Part shown: positions 1 through 9,480 of the stretch, piece by piece
How positions within the stretch are numbered: the stretch's first letter is position 1
Layout of the letters: each line of letters begins with the position of its first letter
Virus record (IMG/VR): IMGVR_UViG_3300011980_000002
Location: 96,001 to 160,000 of that record
Strand: one strand, 5' to 3'
DNA length: 64,000 bases
DNA from: a virus
Position numbers and translations under genes: made by a program
Notes under the pieces: generated by a model
The model's input: only the letters and a program-made list of their open reading frames with translations
Databases searched by the model: none
What the model was told of the DNA's origin: nothing

Positions 1-488
1 ATGATAATAATGAAGATGATAATAGAGTATTAGATGAAGAAGAAAAAGATATAGAAGATGAGGATATTGATACAGATGTTGCATTTGAAGGTGCATTAGT
101 TGGAAACCCCGTATTAAATTCTAATGTGGGTATGACTTTATTCGGGCATCAGTTTAATTCTGTATTTGGATATTCTATAGATATGGATATGGGTGCATTT
201 TATCCATCTACAGTTATATCTCATAATATTGCAGCAGCTTGTTTATACTTTAAAGCATTCTGTTCACATAAGCAATTTGAATATAATGGTGGTAAATTAA
301 AATTCAATGGATATACAAATATCCCAGTAATTAAAACTAATGATACTTTATTAGATGATGATGTCGCTAAAGAATTATTTGATAATTTCCAAACCGGTAA
401 TTACATTTCATTTGGACATAAGTGGATGAATTTACCAACTGTAGCAGATATTTATAATAAGTACTTAGAAGAAACAAAAGGAGTTTAA
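1..488 (+). CDS. Family B DNA polymerase, N-terminal fragment (3' end of the gene, partial at the window edge)
   Basis: The frame is open from the window edge. The translation reads ...FEGALVGNP...SIDMDMGAFYPSTVISHNI, which matches PolB motif A (Dx2SLYPS). The ORF stops about 75 aa later, before motifs B and C. Confidence 0.75.
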   Translation, partial: DNNEDDNRVLDEEEKDIEDEDIDTDVAFEGALVGNPVLNSNVGMTLFGHQFNSVFGYSIDMDMGAFYPSTVISHNIAAACLYFKAFCSHKQFEYNGGKLKFNGYTNIPVIKTNDTLLDDDVAKELFDNFQTGNYISFGHKWMNLPTVADIYNKYLEETKGV

Positions 489-493
489 GATAA

Positions 494-1102
494 ATGGCTA
501 AAAAAGAAAAAAGCAGTAGAGAATTATATTTAGATATGTTAACTAAGATTAAATCAGTATTTAATAAAGATATCTATATTTATAATAGAAGATATATAAT
601 TGCTGGAAATGAATCTTATAATAACATAATTGGAAATATATATTGTAAGTTAAATACTAATTATGATTTTTTTAGTGACTTACCAGTAAATACTAATAAT
701 AATATTATTATTTATATTCCATCTGTAGTAGATGAGAAGAAAACTGAAGTTGGTACTTTAGCTCATATAGTAGATAATGATTTAGAGATTCATAAAGTTA
801 ATAAAATAATCAATCAATTTAATGATATTCCATCAGAATTTATTATATGGAAAAAGTTAACCGAGCAATTATCCGATGAAGCTATCTCATTAATTTTTAA
901 TGAGAATAACTGTTATAATCTTCAATGTAATTCCAAGGAAATTACAATATCCAAACAGATATTACCATTAGTAACGGCTAAGAACATTGATGATGTCACA
1001 TTCTCATTTAAGATAGATGAAGAGAATAAAATAAATAAGATATTATTTTTAATTATGCATAAATATTTTGATATTTATGCTTTATATAAATTTATAGCAT
1101 AA
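494..1102 (+). CDS. Hypothetical protein
   Basis: 202-aa ORF with AAAGGAG about 10 nt upstream. No motif recognised. Confidence 0.6.
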   Translation: MAKKEKSSRELYLDMLTKIKSVFNKDIYIYNRRYIIAGNESYNNIIGNIYCKLNTNYDFFSDLPVNTNNNIIIYIPSVVDEKKTEVGTLAHIVDNDLEIHKVNKIINQFNDIPSEFIIWKKLTEQLSDEAISLIFNENNCYNLQCNSKEITISKQILPLVTAKNIDDVTFSFKIDEENKINKILFLIMHKYFDIYALYKFIA

Positions 1103-1111
1103 ATTTAATAG

Positions 1112-1159
1112 AATTACCATTAATAAGAAGACATAGTAGAATTCTTATTAATGGTAATT
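1112..1159 (+). terminator. Stem-loop terminator
   Basis: 18-bp perfect inverted repeat, aattaccattaataagaa / ttcttattaatggtaatt, directly after the stop codon. Confidence 0.6.
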
Positions 1160-1267
1160 ATTTACCGTAAAATATACCAATTTAACAATTTCCTAATATA
1201 AAACCCTTATTAAAATAAATAATAAGAATATTATTTACGGAAAGGAGTTAATTAAAAAAGAATTTGA

Positions 1268-3625
1268 ATGGCTAATGAAAGTAAGACAACAAAAAATGTC
1301 AATAAGACTAATAAGAATTTATTCGGTAATATAAATTCGTTAATAGATAAATTACATGCATCTGCTTTTGGTACATCTTCTAACACAGATATAGATAGAC
1401 TAAATGATAGATTTTCGAATTTCTTACAAGCTGAATCGGATACTTTTAACAGGAGTAATACTCAAGATAACAACCAGTCATTTATACAGAAATTATTTGA
1501 TAAGAACGATAATAATCTTTCAAATAATAATCAAGAAATTATTGATCAATTAACTAATATCTTTGATAATAAAGATATGGATAGTATGGCTCAATCATTC
1601 ATGGATGAAGTTTATAAAAATAAGCTTCTTAAGTTAAATGACTTACATGAAGTATCTACTCAGTTAATAGAGTTAAGAGAGTCTATATTAATTACAAGAG
1701 ATGCGATTATATCTTCAGATATTGTAGAAGGAAGAATGTCGAGATTACTTAAATTCGATGCTACAGGATCTAATAATAATGCAAAGAATATAAGTATTGT
1801 AGAATCTATGGAAAAGAAGTTTAGTCTTCAGAATAAGATTAAAGACTTTATTATCCCAAGAACTCTGGAATATGGTATGTATTATGCATATGTGATACCA
1901 TATTCCAAAATTTTCTCTGACTTTATGAAGTATAAAGAAAAGAGAAAAAATAAAATGGGAATTATGATGGGAGAGTCTACACTATATGAGAATGTAAGAC
2001 TTAATGAAGACTATGATGACTTCACTAAAGTATTTAATGAAAATTATTCTATACATAGTGAAAGTAATAATCCTAAAGAGAATAAAGAAGCTATTATTAA
2101 GAATAATGAACTTAAAAATATCTTTGATAATAATCTAAAATCTATATTAGAGAATGTAAGTATATGTAATGACGCTATACCATTACCAGTAATGGAAGAA
2201 GGATATGATAGTATTAAATTCTTCGGAGATAAATGTGTTGATGAAGTATTTAATGAAAAGAATTATCAGATAGATGATATCGGTAGTGATAGTTACTTTA
2301 ATACCGTAATGAAAACAAGTGATGCAGGAACATACGATATTAAAGATAAAAAAGAAGATAGTAATAAGAATTATGAAAAAGATTTTAAGAAAATTCATGA
2401 TTGTTATATTAAGATGATAGATCCAAAAAATATGAAACCGATTAAGATAATGAATAAAGTAATTGGTTATTACTATCAGACTGCTGAAGAAATATCTGGA
2501 GTTAATGGAAGTATATTATCTCCTACAAGAAATAGTATATCTGAATTAACTAACTTACAGAATAATTCTAACTTAGTAGATATAATTGCTAAGAAGATAG
2601 TTAAATCGTTTAATAAAGATTTCTTAATGAATAACCCTAAGTTTAAAGAGTTAATTATGGAATCTTTAATGTATTATAACTTAAACACTACTAAGATAAG
2701 ATATCAATTTATCCCAGCAGAATATATTATAGAGTTTAAAATATCTGAAGATGAATATGGTAATGGTACATCAATGATAGAAGGTTCTTTATTCTATGCA
2801 AAACTCTATCTTATGTTATTACTATTTAAGATGATGAGTATTATTCTTTATAGTAATGATACCAGAGTTAACTATATTAAGAATTCTGGTATAGATAAGA
2901 ATGTAAGAAAGAAGATAGAAGAGATTGCAAGAATAAAGCAACAAAGACAGATTAATGTAATGGATATGTTCTCTTATACCGGATTGATTAATAAAATAGG
3001 TATCGGTACAGAAACCTATATTCCTACAGGAAGATCTGGTGAAAGAGGAATAGAGACTGAGATATTACAAGGTCAAGATGTACAGATGAATTCTGACTTA
3101 ATGGATAATCTTAAAAAAGGTTATATCTTAGGTACAGGAGTTCCTGATGCAATTATTAACTATCTTAATGAAGCAGATTTTGCTAAATCTGTAGAATTAG
3201 CTAATACGAGATATTTAGGAAGAGTCGTAAATTATCAATTAGACTTTGCTGAAGGAATCACTAAACTATATCAGCAGATAATGAGATATTCTACAGAGAT
3301 AGAAGATATGGATATTAATGGATTTGAATTTTCATTTGCTCCACCAAAAAATACTAATACACAAATTAAAGGTGATATGATAGGTAACTTTGAAACTTTT
3401 GCCACATGGGTATTAGGAATGACAATTGGACAAAATGAATTAGATAACCCTGAGAATACAGAAGTTGTTAAATTACTTAAGAGAAGTTTAGCAGAAGACT
3501 ATTTACCAATGATTAACTTCAAGAGTATTGATGATGCATATGAAAATGCGATGATTAAAGGAACTGGAAGAAATATAAGACCTAAAGGTGAAGAAGTATT
3601 AGACGATGGTAACTTAGGATTATAA
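1268..3625 (+). CDS. Large virion-associated protein, possibly portal
   Basis: 785-aa ORF just upstream of the sheath/tube block. Size and position fit a portal, but I recognised no diagnostic motif. Confidence 0.3.
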   Translation: MANESKTTKNVNKTNKNLFGNINSLIDKLHASAFGTSSNTDIDRLNDRFSNFLQAESDTFNRSNTQDNNQSFIQKLFDKNDNNLSNNNQEIIDQLTNIFDNKDMDSMAQSFMDEVYKNKLLKLNDLHEVSTQLIELRESILITRDAIISSDIVEGRMSRLLKFDATGSNNNAKNISIVESMEKKFSLQNKIKDFIIPRTLEYGMYYAYVIPYSKIFSDFMKYKEKRKNKMGIMMGESTLYENVRLNEDYDDFTKVFNENYSIHSESNNPKENKEAIIKNNELKNIFDNNLKSILENVSICNDAIPLPVMEEGYDSIKFFGDKCVDEVFNEKNYQIDDIGSDSYFNTVMKTSDAGTYDIKDKKEDSNKNYEKDFKKIHDCYIKMIDPKNMKPIKIMNKVIGYYYQTAEEISGVNGSILSPTRNSISELTNLQNNSNLVDIIAKKIVKSFNKDFLMNNPKFKELIMESLMYYNLNTTKIRYQFIPAEYIIEFKISEDEYGNGTSMIEGSLFYAKLYLMLLLFKMMSIILYSNDTRVNYIKNSGIDKNVRKKIEEIARIKQQRQINVMDMFSYTGLINKIGIGTETYIPTGRSGERGIETEILQGQDVQMNSDLMDNLKKGYILGTGVPDAIINYLNEADFAKSVELANTRYLGRVVNYQLDFAEGITKLYQQIMRYSTEIEDMDINGFEFSFAPPKNTNTQIKGDMIGNFETFATWVLGMTIGQNELDNPENTEVVKLLKRSLAEDYLPMINFKSIDDAYENAMIKGTGRNIRPKGEEVLDDGNLGL

Positions 3626-3639
3626 AAAAATAATAGGTT

Positions 3640-3681
3640 GTGGATAGTATATGTAATTCAGCTTTTACATATACTATCCAC
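3640..3681. terminator. Bidirectional stem-loop between convergent genes
   Basis: 16-bp perfect inverted repeat, gtggatagtatatgta / tacatatactatccac. Confidence 0.6.
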
Positions 3682-3695
3682 ATTTGCTTTGACTC

Positions 3696-4031
3696 TTACA
3701 TCAAAGCAAATGCTTTACAACCTATTATTCTTCCTTCCTCGTCTCTGACAGGGTCAGAGGTGATGAGTAAATCATCACATCTTCTTCCTTGAGACTTTGC
3801 TGCACTCACTGTGAGTGCAGAGAGGATGTAGAAGGTTCCATCCTCATATGCGGGAAGCCCCATCACTTCCCCGTATGTGTTTCTGGTGAGACGGTATGGG
3901 AAACCGTCTACCTCTACCTCTTCGGTAGACATACTGGCTCTTGCGATTCCCTCTGAAGGGAACTCTGCAAGAACCTGATTGTCCTGGCTGAACAGGACAA
4001 TCTTATGTGGGGTTAAATTAATAACTTTCAT
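3696..4031 (-). CDS. Small hypothetical protein, G+C-rich single-gene cassette
   Basis: 111-aa ORF with AAAGGAG upstream and its own promoter and terminator. Its base composition is visibly far more G+C-rich than the flanks. Confidence 0.8.
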   Translation of the reverse strand: MKVINLTPHKIVLFSQDNQVLAEFPSEGIARASMSTEEVEVDGFPYRLTRNTYGEVMGLPAYEDGTFYILSALTVSAAKSQGRRCDDLLITSDPVRDEEGRIIGCKAFALM

Positions 4032-4044
4032 ATTTTTCTCCTTT

Positions 4045-4096
4045 AATATGTATATTTATTTTACTACAGATAAATAGTATATCATCGTATATAGAT
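4045..4096 (-). promoter_or_regulatory. Cassette promoter (CCGTATTT-N16-TATACTATTTATCTGTAGTAA)
   Basis: The reverse complement reads ccgtattt-16 nt-tatactatttatctgtagtaaaataaata. The same bipartite motif recurs at six further sites in the window (three with variant upstream boxes); looser variants of the downstream box occur at about eight more. Confidence 0.6.
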
Positions 4097-4181
4097 AAAA
4101 TACGGTATAAATAAATCAATTTAACATAGTAGTAAGTAACTTACCTTACTTATAGATACTTATTTATTGATTAAATGAAGA

Positions 4182-4264
4182 ATATAGAGTATGTGGAATT
4201 AATCTTCCCATACTCTATATTTTTTATAAGGATTTCTATGTAACTTATGATAAATCCTTATTTT
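4182..4264 (+). terminator. Two tandem plus-strand stem-loops with T-runs
   Basis: atatagagtatg / catactctatat followed by ttttt, then ataaggattt / aaatccttat followed by tttt. Confidence 0.5.
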
Positions 4265-4318
4265 CTCATCAAAACAAGTATATAATCAAAAATTAAGATA
4301 TAATGAAAGGAGATATAT

Positions 4319-6283
4319 ATGGCACAAACAGTACAAATAGTACCTCGTTATTTGCACTCTCATGTTGAGACAGTCATTAATGATTATACAACATTTGATG
4401 ATACTCCACCAGTGGAAGTCGATGACAGTGTCAAATTTCTAGCCGTATTTATGGGTCCTCAGGGTATTGATAATACTTTGGTTAAAGTAAAAAATACTAA
4501 GGATTTTGAAACAATATTTGGTAGATCAAATTATGCTTTATATGGTCAGCCTATGATGATGGCGGAAGCGGAACTTAGAAGTGGAGAAGCAAGTGTATGG
4601 TGTATGAGAATTATGCCAGATGATGCTAAATTTGCTAACTCAGTTCTTTCTGTTTATTATAAACCTGATGTTGCTAAGAAGAAATTCCGTATTAAGTTTA
4701 AGGCTAAGGCTCTTATTAATGCATCTGCTGTTACATCTAAGACAGACTTACTTGCTAAAGGTCAAACTTTAGATGGTACTCCTGGTGGTGATGGATTATA
4801 CAAAGATGCTGATGGTTATATCCAGCTTCCTCTAATTACATTTAGAGCTATGGGTAGAGGAGCTTATGCTAATAACTACAGATGGAGAATGGCTCGTAAT
4901 AAGGACTGTGAGAATGATTATAATGTTAAGATGTATTCATTCGAAGCCCTTAGTGCTACTAATGGAATATCCACAATAGCAACTTATAGAGGAACAGTTG
5001 TTGATTCAGAGAAGTTTAATAGATCTACACTTATCAATGATATCGTAGATGATTCAGAAACCGGAATAGCTCCTATAGATATTCAGGCTTATGAGAACAA
5101 TTATCAACTTCTTTATGAAGCTTATGTTAAGTTCTTAAAGGATGTTGAAACAGCTACTACTCCTGGAACAGTTAAGCATGTTCCTACTATAGATGAATTT
5201 GACCCATTCTTTGCTTATGGAATGGCTAATAATATCAAAGATGAATTTATATACTTCACAAAGGTTAAGAGTCCTGGTGTTGAATCACAAGCCGGATACG
5301 ATGCTGATAATTATACAGAGACTAATGACATTATCCAAGTAGATAATGTTGAAGGAACTTTACTTGCAGGTGGTTCAGATGGAGCTTTTGCTAATGCTGA
5401 TGCTAATGCAAGAGACCAGGCTATTGCTGCTACATATATTAAAGCTTTTAATGGTTCATTAGACCCAATTATATTAGCTAATAAGAGAGTTCCGGTTGAT
5501 GCTATATTTGATGCTAACTATCCATATGAAGTAAAGAAAGAACTTGCAGCTTTATCACTTGCAAGAAATGATTGTATGTGCTACATTGACTGTGGACTTG
5601 TAGAGTCTTTCTCTTCTGGTAATCAGATGAAGTTGATTGAGAACTATGGTGTATTTAATACTAGAGGAATTTCAAAGAATCCTCAGTGGTATACAATCAA
5701 GGATCCAATTACAAGAAAGAGAGTTCCGGTTACTATTACATATTTCTTTGCAGAAAACTATGCATCTCATGTAAGAGATAATGGATTCCATATTCCATTT
5801 ACTAATGTATATGCACAGCTTAGTGGACATATTAAGAATTCACTTCAGCCTGCTGTTAATGAGCATGAGTCATCTCTTAAGGAGTGGTTATACACTAATA
5901 GATTCAACTACTTTGAAGCAGTTGGTGAAAATGTATTCAGAAGAGCTTCACAGAATACTTCTCAGATAGTTAATAGTGATCTTCTTGAAGAGAATAACAT
6001 GACTACTCTCTTTAGAATTAAGCATATACTTGAAACAGATGCTAAGGAGAGATTATATAACTTTGCAGAAGCTGATGATAGAAATCTCTTTACTGCTTAT
6101 GAGACAGCTAAGTTCTCTTCATGGATTGGTCGTATGTTACAGTCATTTACTATAGATTTCCAGATGAATGAATTTGAAGCTGAAAGGTCAATTCTTCACT
6201 GCTATGTAACTGTACAGTTCAAGACCCTTAACAAGAGAACTATAATCGAAATTGATGTTAATAAACGCGACTTCGGTGCATAA
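4319..6283 (+). CDS. Tail sheath protein
   Basis: 654 aa with a strong RBS. It contains LLAGGSDG followed by a conserved-looking C-terminal region typical of myovirus sheath proteins, and a tube-sized ORF follows. Confidence 0.65.
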   Translation: MAQTVQIVPRYLHSHVETVINDYTTFDDTPPVEVDDSVKFLAVFMGPQGIDNTLVKVKNTKDFETIFGRSNYALYGQPMMMAEAELRSGEASVWCMRIMPDDAKFANSVLSVYYKPDVAKKKFRIKFKAKALINASAVTSKTDLLAKGQTLDGTPGGDGLYKDADGYIQLPLITFRAMGRGAYANNYRWRMARNKDCENDYNVKMYSFEALSATNGISTIATYRGTVVDSEKFNRSTLINDIVDDSETGIAPIDIQAYENNYQLLYEAYVKFLKDVETATTPGTVKHVPTIDEFDPFFAYGMANNIKDEFIYFTKVKSPGVESQAGYDADNYTETNDIIQVDNVEGTLLAGGSDGAFANADANARDQAIAATYIKAFNGSLDPIILANKRVPVDAIFDANYPYEVKKELAALSLARNDCMCYIDCGLVESFSSGNQMKLIENYGVFNTRGISKNPQWYTIKDPITRKRVPVTITYFFAENYASHVRDNGFHIPFTNVYAQLSGHIKNSLQPAVNEHESSLKEWLYTNRFNYFEAVGENVFRRASQNTSQIVNSDLLEENNMTTLFRIKHILETDAKERLYNFAEADDRNLFTAYETAKFSSWIGRMLQSFTIDFQMNEFEAERSILHCYVTVQFKTLNKRTIIEIDVNKRDFGA

Positions 6284-6318
6284 TTAAAAATACTATAGAA
6301 AGGAAATATTAGAAGAAT

Positions 6319-7128
6319 ATGGCACATACTATACAATCCAATATTCATAATCATACATTTGATCAGTTGGATAAATATGCATTATTCCTAAGTGGTTTAA
6401 ATGTAACCCATGATGTTCTTCAGTCTTACGACCCACTTAAAACTGGTTGGGGAAGAATCTTCATGGTAAGAAAACCTCTTATGGTATGGAATTTGCTACC
6501 AGGTAAGTTAAAGAAGTTTAAACATATATTAGAGTTTGCAAATACAGGTGTTTCCGGTCTTAGTGATATGACAGTTAACTTTGCTAATATTAGTGGTGGT
6601 TATGCTGGTAGATCATTTGAAGTACCGACAGTTGTAGATGATAGTACAAACTCTTTTACTATAAAGACATATGAGTTTTCAGGTTCACCGATGAGAGAGA
6701 TAATCCATTTCTGGATTAATGGTGTTACTGATGTTCAGACAACATTCTCTCATTATTATAATCAAGCAGGTTTGGAAGTTCAGCAGGCAAATCATACTGC
6801 TGAGTTTATTTATGTTGCTACAGACCAGACTGGTAAGAATATAGAGTATGCTTGTATGTTTGCTAACTGCTTCCCTAAGTCAATAAACGTTGACAGTTAC
6901 AACTATGAAGCATCACAACATGATACAGTTCCACTTGATATAGAATTTTCATGTACTAAGTATGAGTCTCCGCAGATAAATGCTAAGGCTATGGAACTTT
7001 TACAGAAGTATACAATACTTACTAACTCACTTAACTTCCACTCCGGTATTACAAGTTCTGTTATTAATCAGAACGGTACTTCTAAGAAGACATACAATAT
7101 TCAGACTGGTATGTTGGAAGAAAGATAA
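6319..7128 (+). CDS. Putative tail tube protein
   Basis: 269-aa ORF immediately downstream of the sheath gene, with a GAAAGGA RBS. The call rests on position only. Confidence 0.45.
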   Translation: MAHTIQSNIHNHTFDQLDKYALFLSGLNVTHDVLQSYDPLKTGWGRIFMVRKPLMVWNLLPGKLKKFKHILEFANTGVSGLSDMTVNFANISGGYAGRSFEVPTVVDDSTNSFTIKTYEFSGSPMREIIHFWINGVTDVQTTFSHYYNQAGLEVQQANHTAEFIYVATDQTGKNIEYACMFANCFPKSINVDSYNYEASQHDTVPLDIEFSCTKYESPQINAKAMELLQKYTILTNSLNFHSGITSSVINQNGTSKKTYNIQTGMLEER

Positions 7129-7218
7129 GCTGAATATATTAAACACTTGAGGCTACGCAAGTTTAAAGACTCTTACGAAGAGATGAGATTATGTATTTAA
7201 ATAACATAATCAGTAGCA
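7119..7218 (+). mobile_element. Orphan right-end (omega-RNA-like) remnant of the TnpB element, no tnpB ORF
   Basis: 7141-7218 is near-identical to the tail after tnpB at 30619-30695 (cttgaggctacgcaag...ctcttacgaagag...gattatgtatttaaat(a)acataatcagtagca). Weaker similarity (aaagataag) extends back to about 7119. Confidence 0.8.
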
Positions 7219-7284
7219 AGAGAGATAAGTTACTCTAAATTAATTAGTGTTAATAAATAATATAATAAAATCCTTAAAATTATT

Positions 7285-7326
7285 AAATTCATATACCCAG
7301 ATTACAAATGGGTATATGAATTTTTT
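7285..7326 (+). terminator. Rho-independent terminator
   Basis: aaattcatataccca / tgggtatatgaattt followed by a T-run. Confidence 0.65.
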
Positions 7327-7429
7327 AAAGTAATTTTACCCTTAAAAAACATAGCTATAATGTTATATAAGGTATAAATATAACACTAAAAATACTATTT
7401 TTAAAGAAAGGAGTTATGTAAGATATTGA

Positions 7430-8566
7430 ATGGCTAATAGAAAACTCCAAGTTCATTATAAGAAAATTTATAAAAATGGAAATGTAGATACTATATATTT
7501 CGTCAATAGAGCTAAAGATGTTATTGTTGATGAGAATGGTAATGTTAGATTAAATACAGTATTAGAAAGATTAGATAGAGTTGCTAATGGAGCTAATAAA
7601 ACAGCTAAATCTGATAGTAACGGATATATCAAAATCAATGATGTTGATACCTTGGTATATGAACATCCTAAAACTGGTGTTACTGCTGGAAAGTATAATG
7701 AAGTAGTTGTAGACGATAAAGGTCATGTTGTCAGTGCAAGATATTCTAATATTTGGGGTGGGATTGTAAATGGTGATATCAGTACTGCGGTTGTTAATAC
7801 CATAGGAAATTTCTATGAGACTAATCCTAATAATATACATCAGATAAGAAATGGTTGGAATATACAAGCTATTGTTAGTACTATAGGTGGTATACTTAAA
7901 TTAGTAAAACCTCATGCATATCAAGATTATATTTATACAGGAAATCTCGAACCAGCTTTACAGAATAAACTTGCCAGAATGGTTGATGGTAGTAAAGTAC
8001 AACATACTATACAACGCCCATATGATACAACTAACCGTGATATTAATAGAATAGCCAGTATGTATGCATTAGAGAAGGTGCAAGGTAGTGCTGATAGTTG
8101 TTGGAATGTGGCTAGTAGTAACGCTAGAAGATTGAATGATGTTGATACTATAATGAATAGACATTCGGTTATTTTAAGTAGACCTGGTAGTAACCTGAGA
8201 AATCAAGCAATAACATATCATATTCCTTTAACAAGCACATTTAGAGAGATATGGACTGAGAATAATTTCGAAGAAGGCACATATCTTGTCACATGTATTA
8301 TAACATGTATAAATCAACCAACCAATCGTTTCTATAATTTCCAATTGTGTAGGAATAGTGAAGATAATGTATTTGATTCCGAAGGAGATATTAGTGCCCC
8401 TTATAGTATTGGTAGTAAAACTATAAAAACATTAGGTACTTTCATATATATACCACAAGGTGGTCGTATGTTTTTAAGATGTAATTCTGGAACTGATAGT
8501 ACTAATCCAAATTCTCAAGGAATTGTTATTGAGCATGTGTGGTATCAAATATGTAGAGTTTGGTAA
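7430..8566 (+). CDS. Tail fibre-like structural protein
   Basis: 378 aa. HPKTGVTAGKYNEVVVDDKGHVVSA resembles the GVTAGxYxxVTVDxxGHV motif common in myovirus fibre proteins. Confidence 0.4.
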   Translation: MANRKLQVHYKKIYKNGNVDTIYFVNRAKDVIVDENGNVRLNTVLERLDRVANGANKTAKSDSNGYIKINDVDTLVYEHPKTGVTAGKYNEVVVDDKGHVVSARYSNIWGGIVNGDISTAVVNTIGNFYETNPNNIHQIRNGWNIQAIVSTIGGILKLVKPHAYQDYIYTGNLEPALQNKLARMVDGSKVQHTIQRPYDTTNRDINRIASMYALEKVQGSADSCWNVASSNARRLNDVDTIMNRHSVILSRPGSNLRNQAITYHIPLTSTFREIWTENNFEEGTYLVTCIITCINQPTNRFYNFQLCRNSEDNVFDSEGDISAPYSIGSKTIKTLGTFIYIPQGGRMFLRCNSGTDSTNPNSQGIVIEHVWYQICRVW

Positions 8567-8608
8567 AAGAATATTTATAAATTTAGAAAGGAAAATTATA
8601 AAACTACT

Positions 8609-9460
8609 ATGACGAAAAATTTCATAAATATGGACATATTCATAGAAGCTAAAAACTTCTATGTAGATAGACTTAATGATATCGATAATGTATATTATGA
8701 TTATGAATATTCCCTATTAGAGTCTAAGTTAAATTTTGATTTCTTTGATGATTACTTATTAACAGAGGCAACTGATGACGCTGTTAATGAAAAAAAGAAA
8801 CAAGGAATTTTAGCTAAGATTGGTGATGCAGTAATGGGTGCAATAAAGAAACTAATTGGAATTATGGACACATTCGTACAAAAATTTCAAGAGTTTGTCT
8901 GGAGTAGAAAGAGTGATGATAGGAAGATAGATGAACTCATAAGATTACATCCAAGACTTAAAGATGAAATAGTTGCACATAAGAAAGATTTAAATTTACA
9001 AGATATAAAATCTGTTAATGATATTCTTAATGGTACTTATAGTGTAATTAATCAGATTAATAAAGGTAAAATAAGTGAACCTGAAGCTAAGAGTAAGTTT
9101 GATAAACTTGTAGATTTTGCTAAGAATAAAGCAACACCTATATTATCAACTGCTACTGCTGTTATTACATTTACTGTCGCAGCTAATGAATTACTTCCTA
9201 AGATGACTAAAGCTAAATTAGATTATGAACAGAATAAAGCTTCACTGATGCAGTTAAAAAAAACGGCTGATGAGGCTGCAAAGAATAGTAAAGACGCTGG
9301 AACCATAAGTAAATCAAGATTAATATCTTCTTTGATAGTAGGTGCTTGTAGTGCTGCCGCGTTTATTATTGGAAAGAATTCAGCTACTATGAATAAACTT
9401 AATAGTGCAGTAAATAGAACTGTTGCAAAGTATGAAAATAAAGAACCGGAATCTAAATAA
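8609..9460 (+). CDS. Hypothetical protein with two hydrophobic segments
   Basis: 283-aa ORF with TM-like stretches ILSTATAVITFTVAA and LISSLIVGACSAAAFIIG. Confidence 0.6.
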   Translation: MTKNFINMDIFIEAKNFYVDRLNDIDNVYYDYEYSLLESKLNFDFFDDYLLTEATDDAVNEKKKQGILAKIGDAVMGAIKKLIGIMDTFVQKFQEFVWSRKSDDRKIDELIRLHPRLKDEIVAHKKDLNLQDIKSVNDILNGTYSVINQINKGKISEPEAKSKFDKLVDFAKNKATPILSTATAVITFTVAANELLPKMTKAKLDYEQNKASLMQLKKTADEAAKNSKDAGTISKSRLISSLIVGACSAAAFIIGKNSATMNKLNSAVNRTVAKYENKEPESK

Positions 9461-9480
9461 GAAAGGTAGGTATTTCGTAT

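Noticed and set aside
494-1102. The ORF after the PolB N-fragment as a homing endonuclease responsible for the polymerase split.
   Set aside because: No LAGLIDADG, GIY-YIG, HNH or PD-(D/E)xK motif is recognisable in it. The other polymerase half is 57 kb away, not adjacent.
2183-2398. Short ORFs antisense to, or nested inside, long genes. Examples: 2183-2398(-), 5781-5969(+), 7571-7867(-), 12271-12486(-), 12527-12754(+), 12855-13058(-), 21824-22345(-), 22143-22427(-), 33358-33690(-), 33728-33994(-), 35720-36091(-), 41826-42053(-), 43099-43602(-), 48455-48712(-), 49795-50064(-), 50642-51022(-), 53701-53946(-), 61586-61918(-), 63081-63823(-).
   Set aside because: All lie entirely within stronger ORFs that have recognisable products or RBSs. 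Their translations are Ile/Leu/Phe/Ser-rich low-complexity strings, which is typical of the non-coding frames of AT-rich genes. None has a plausible RBS.
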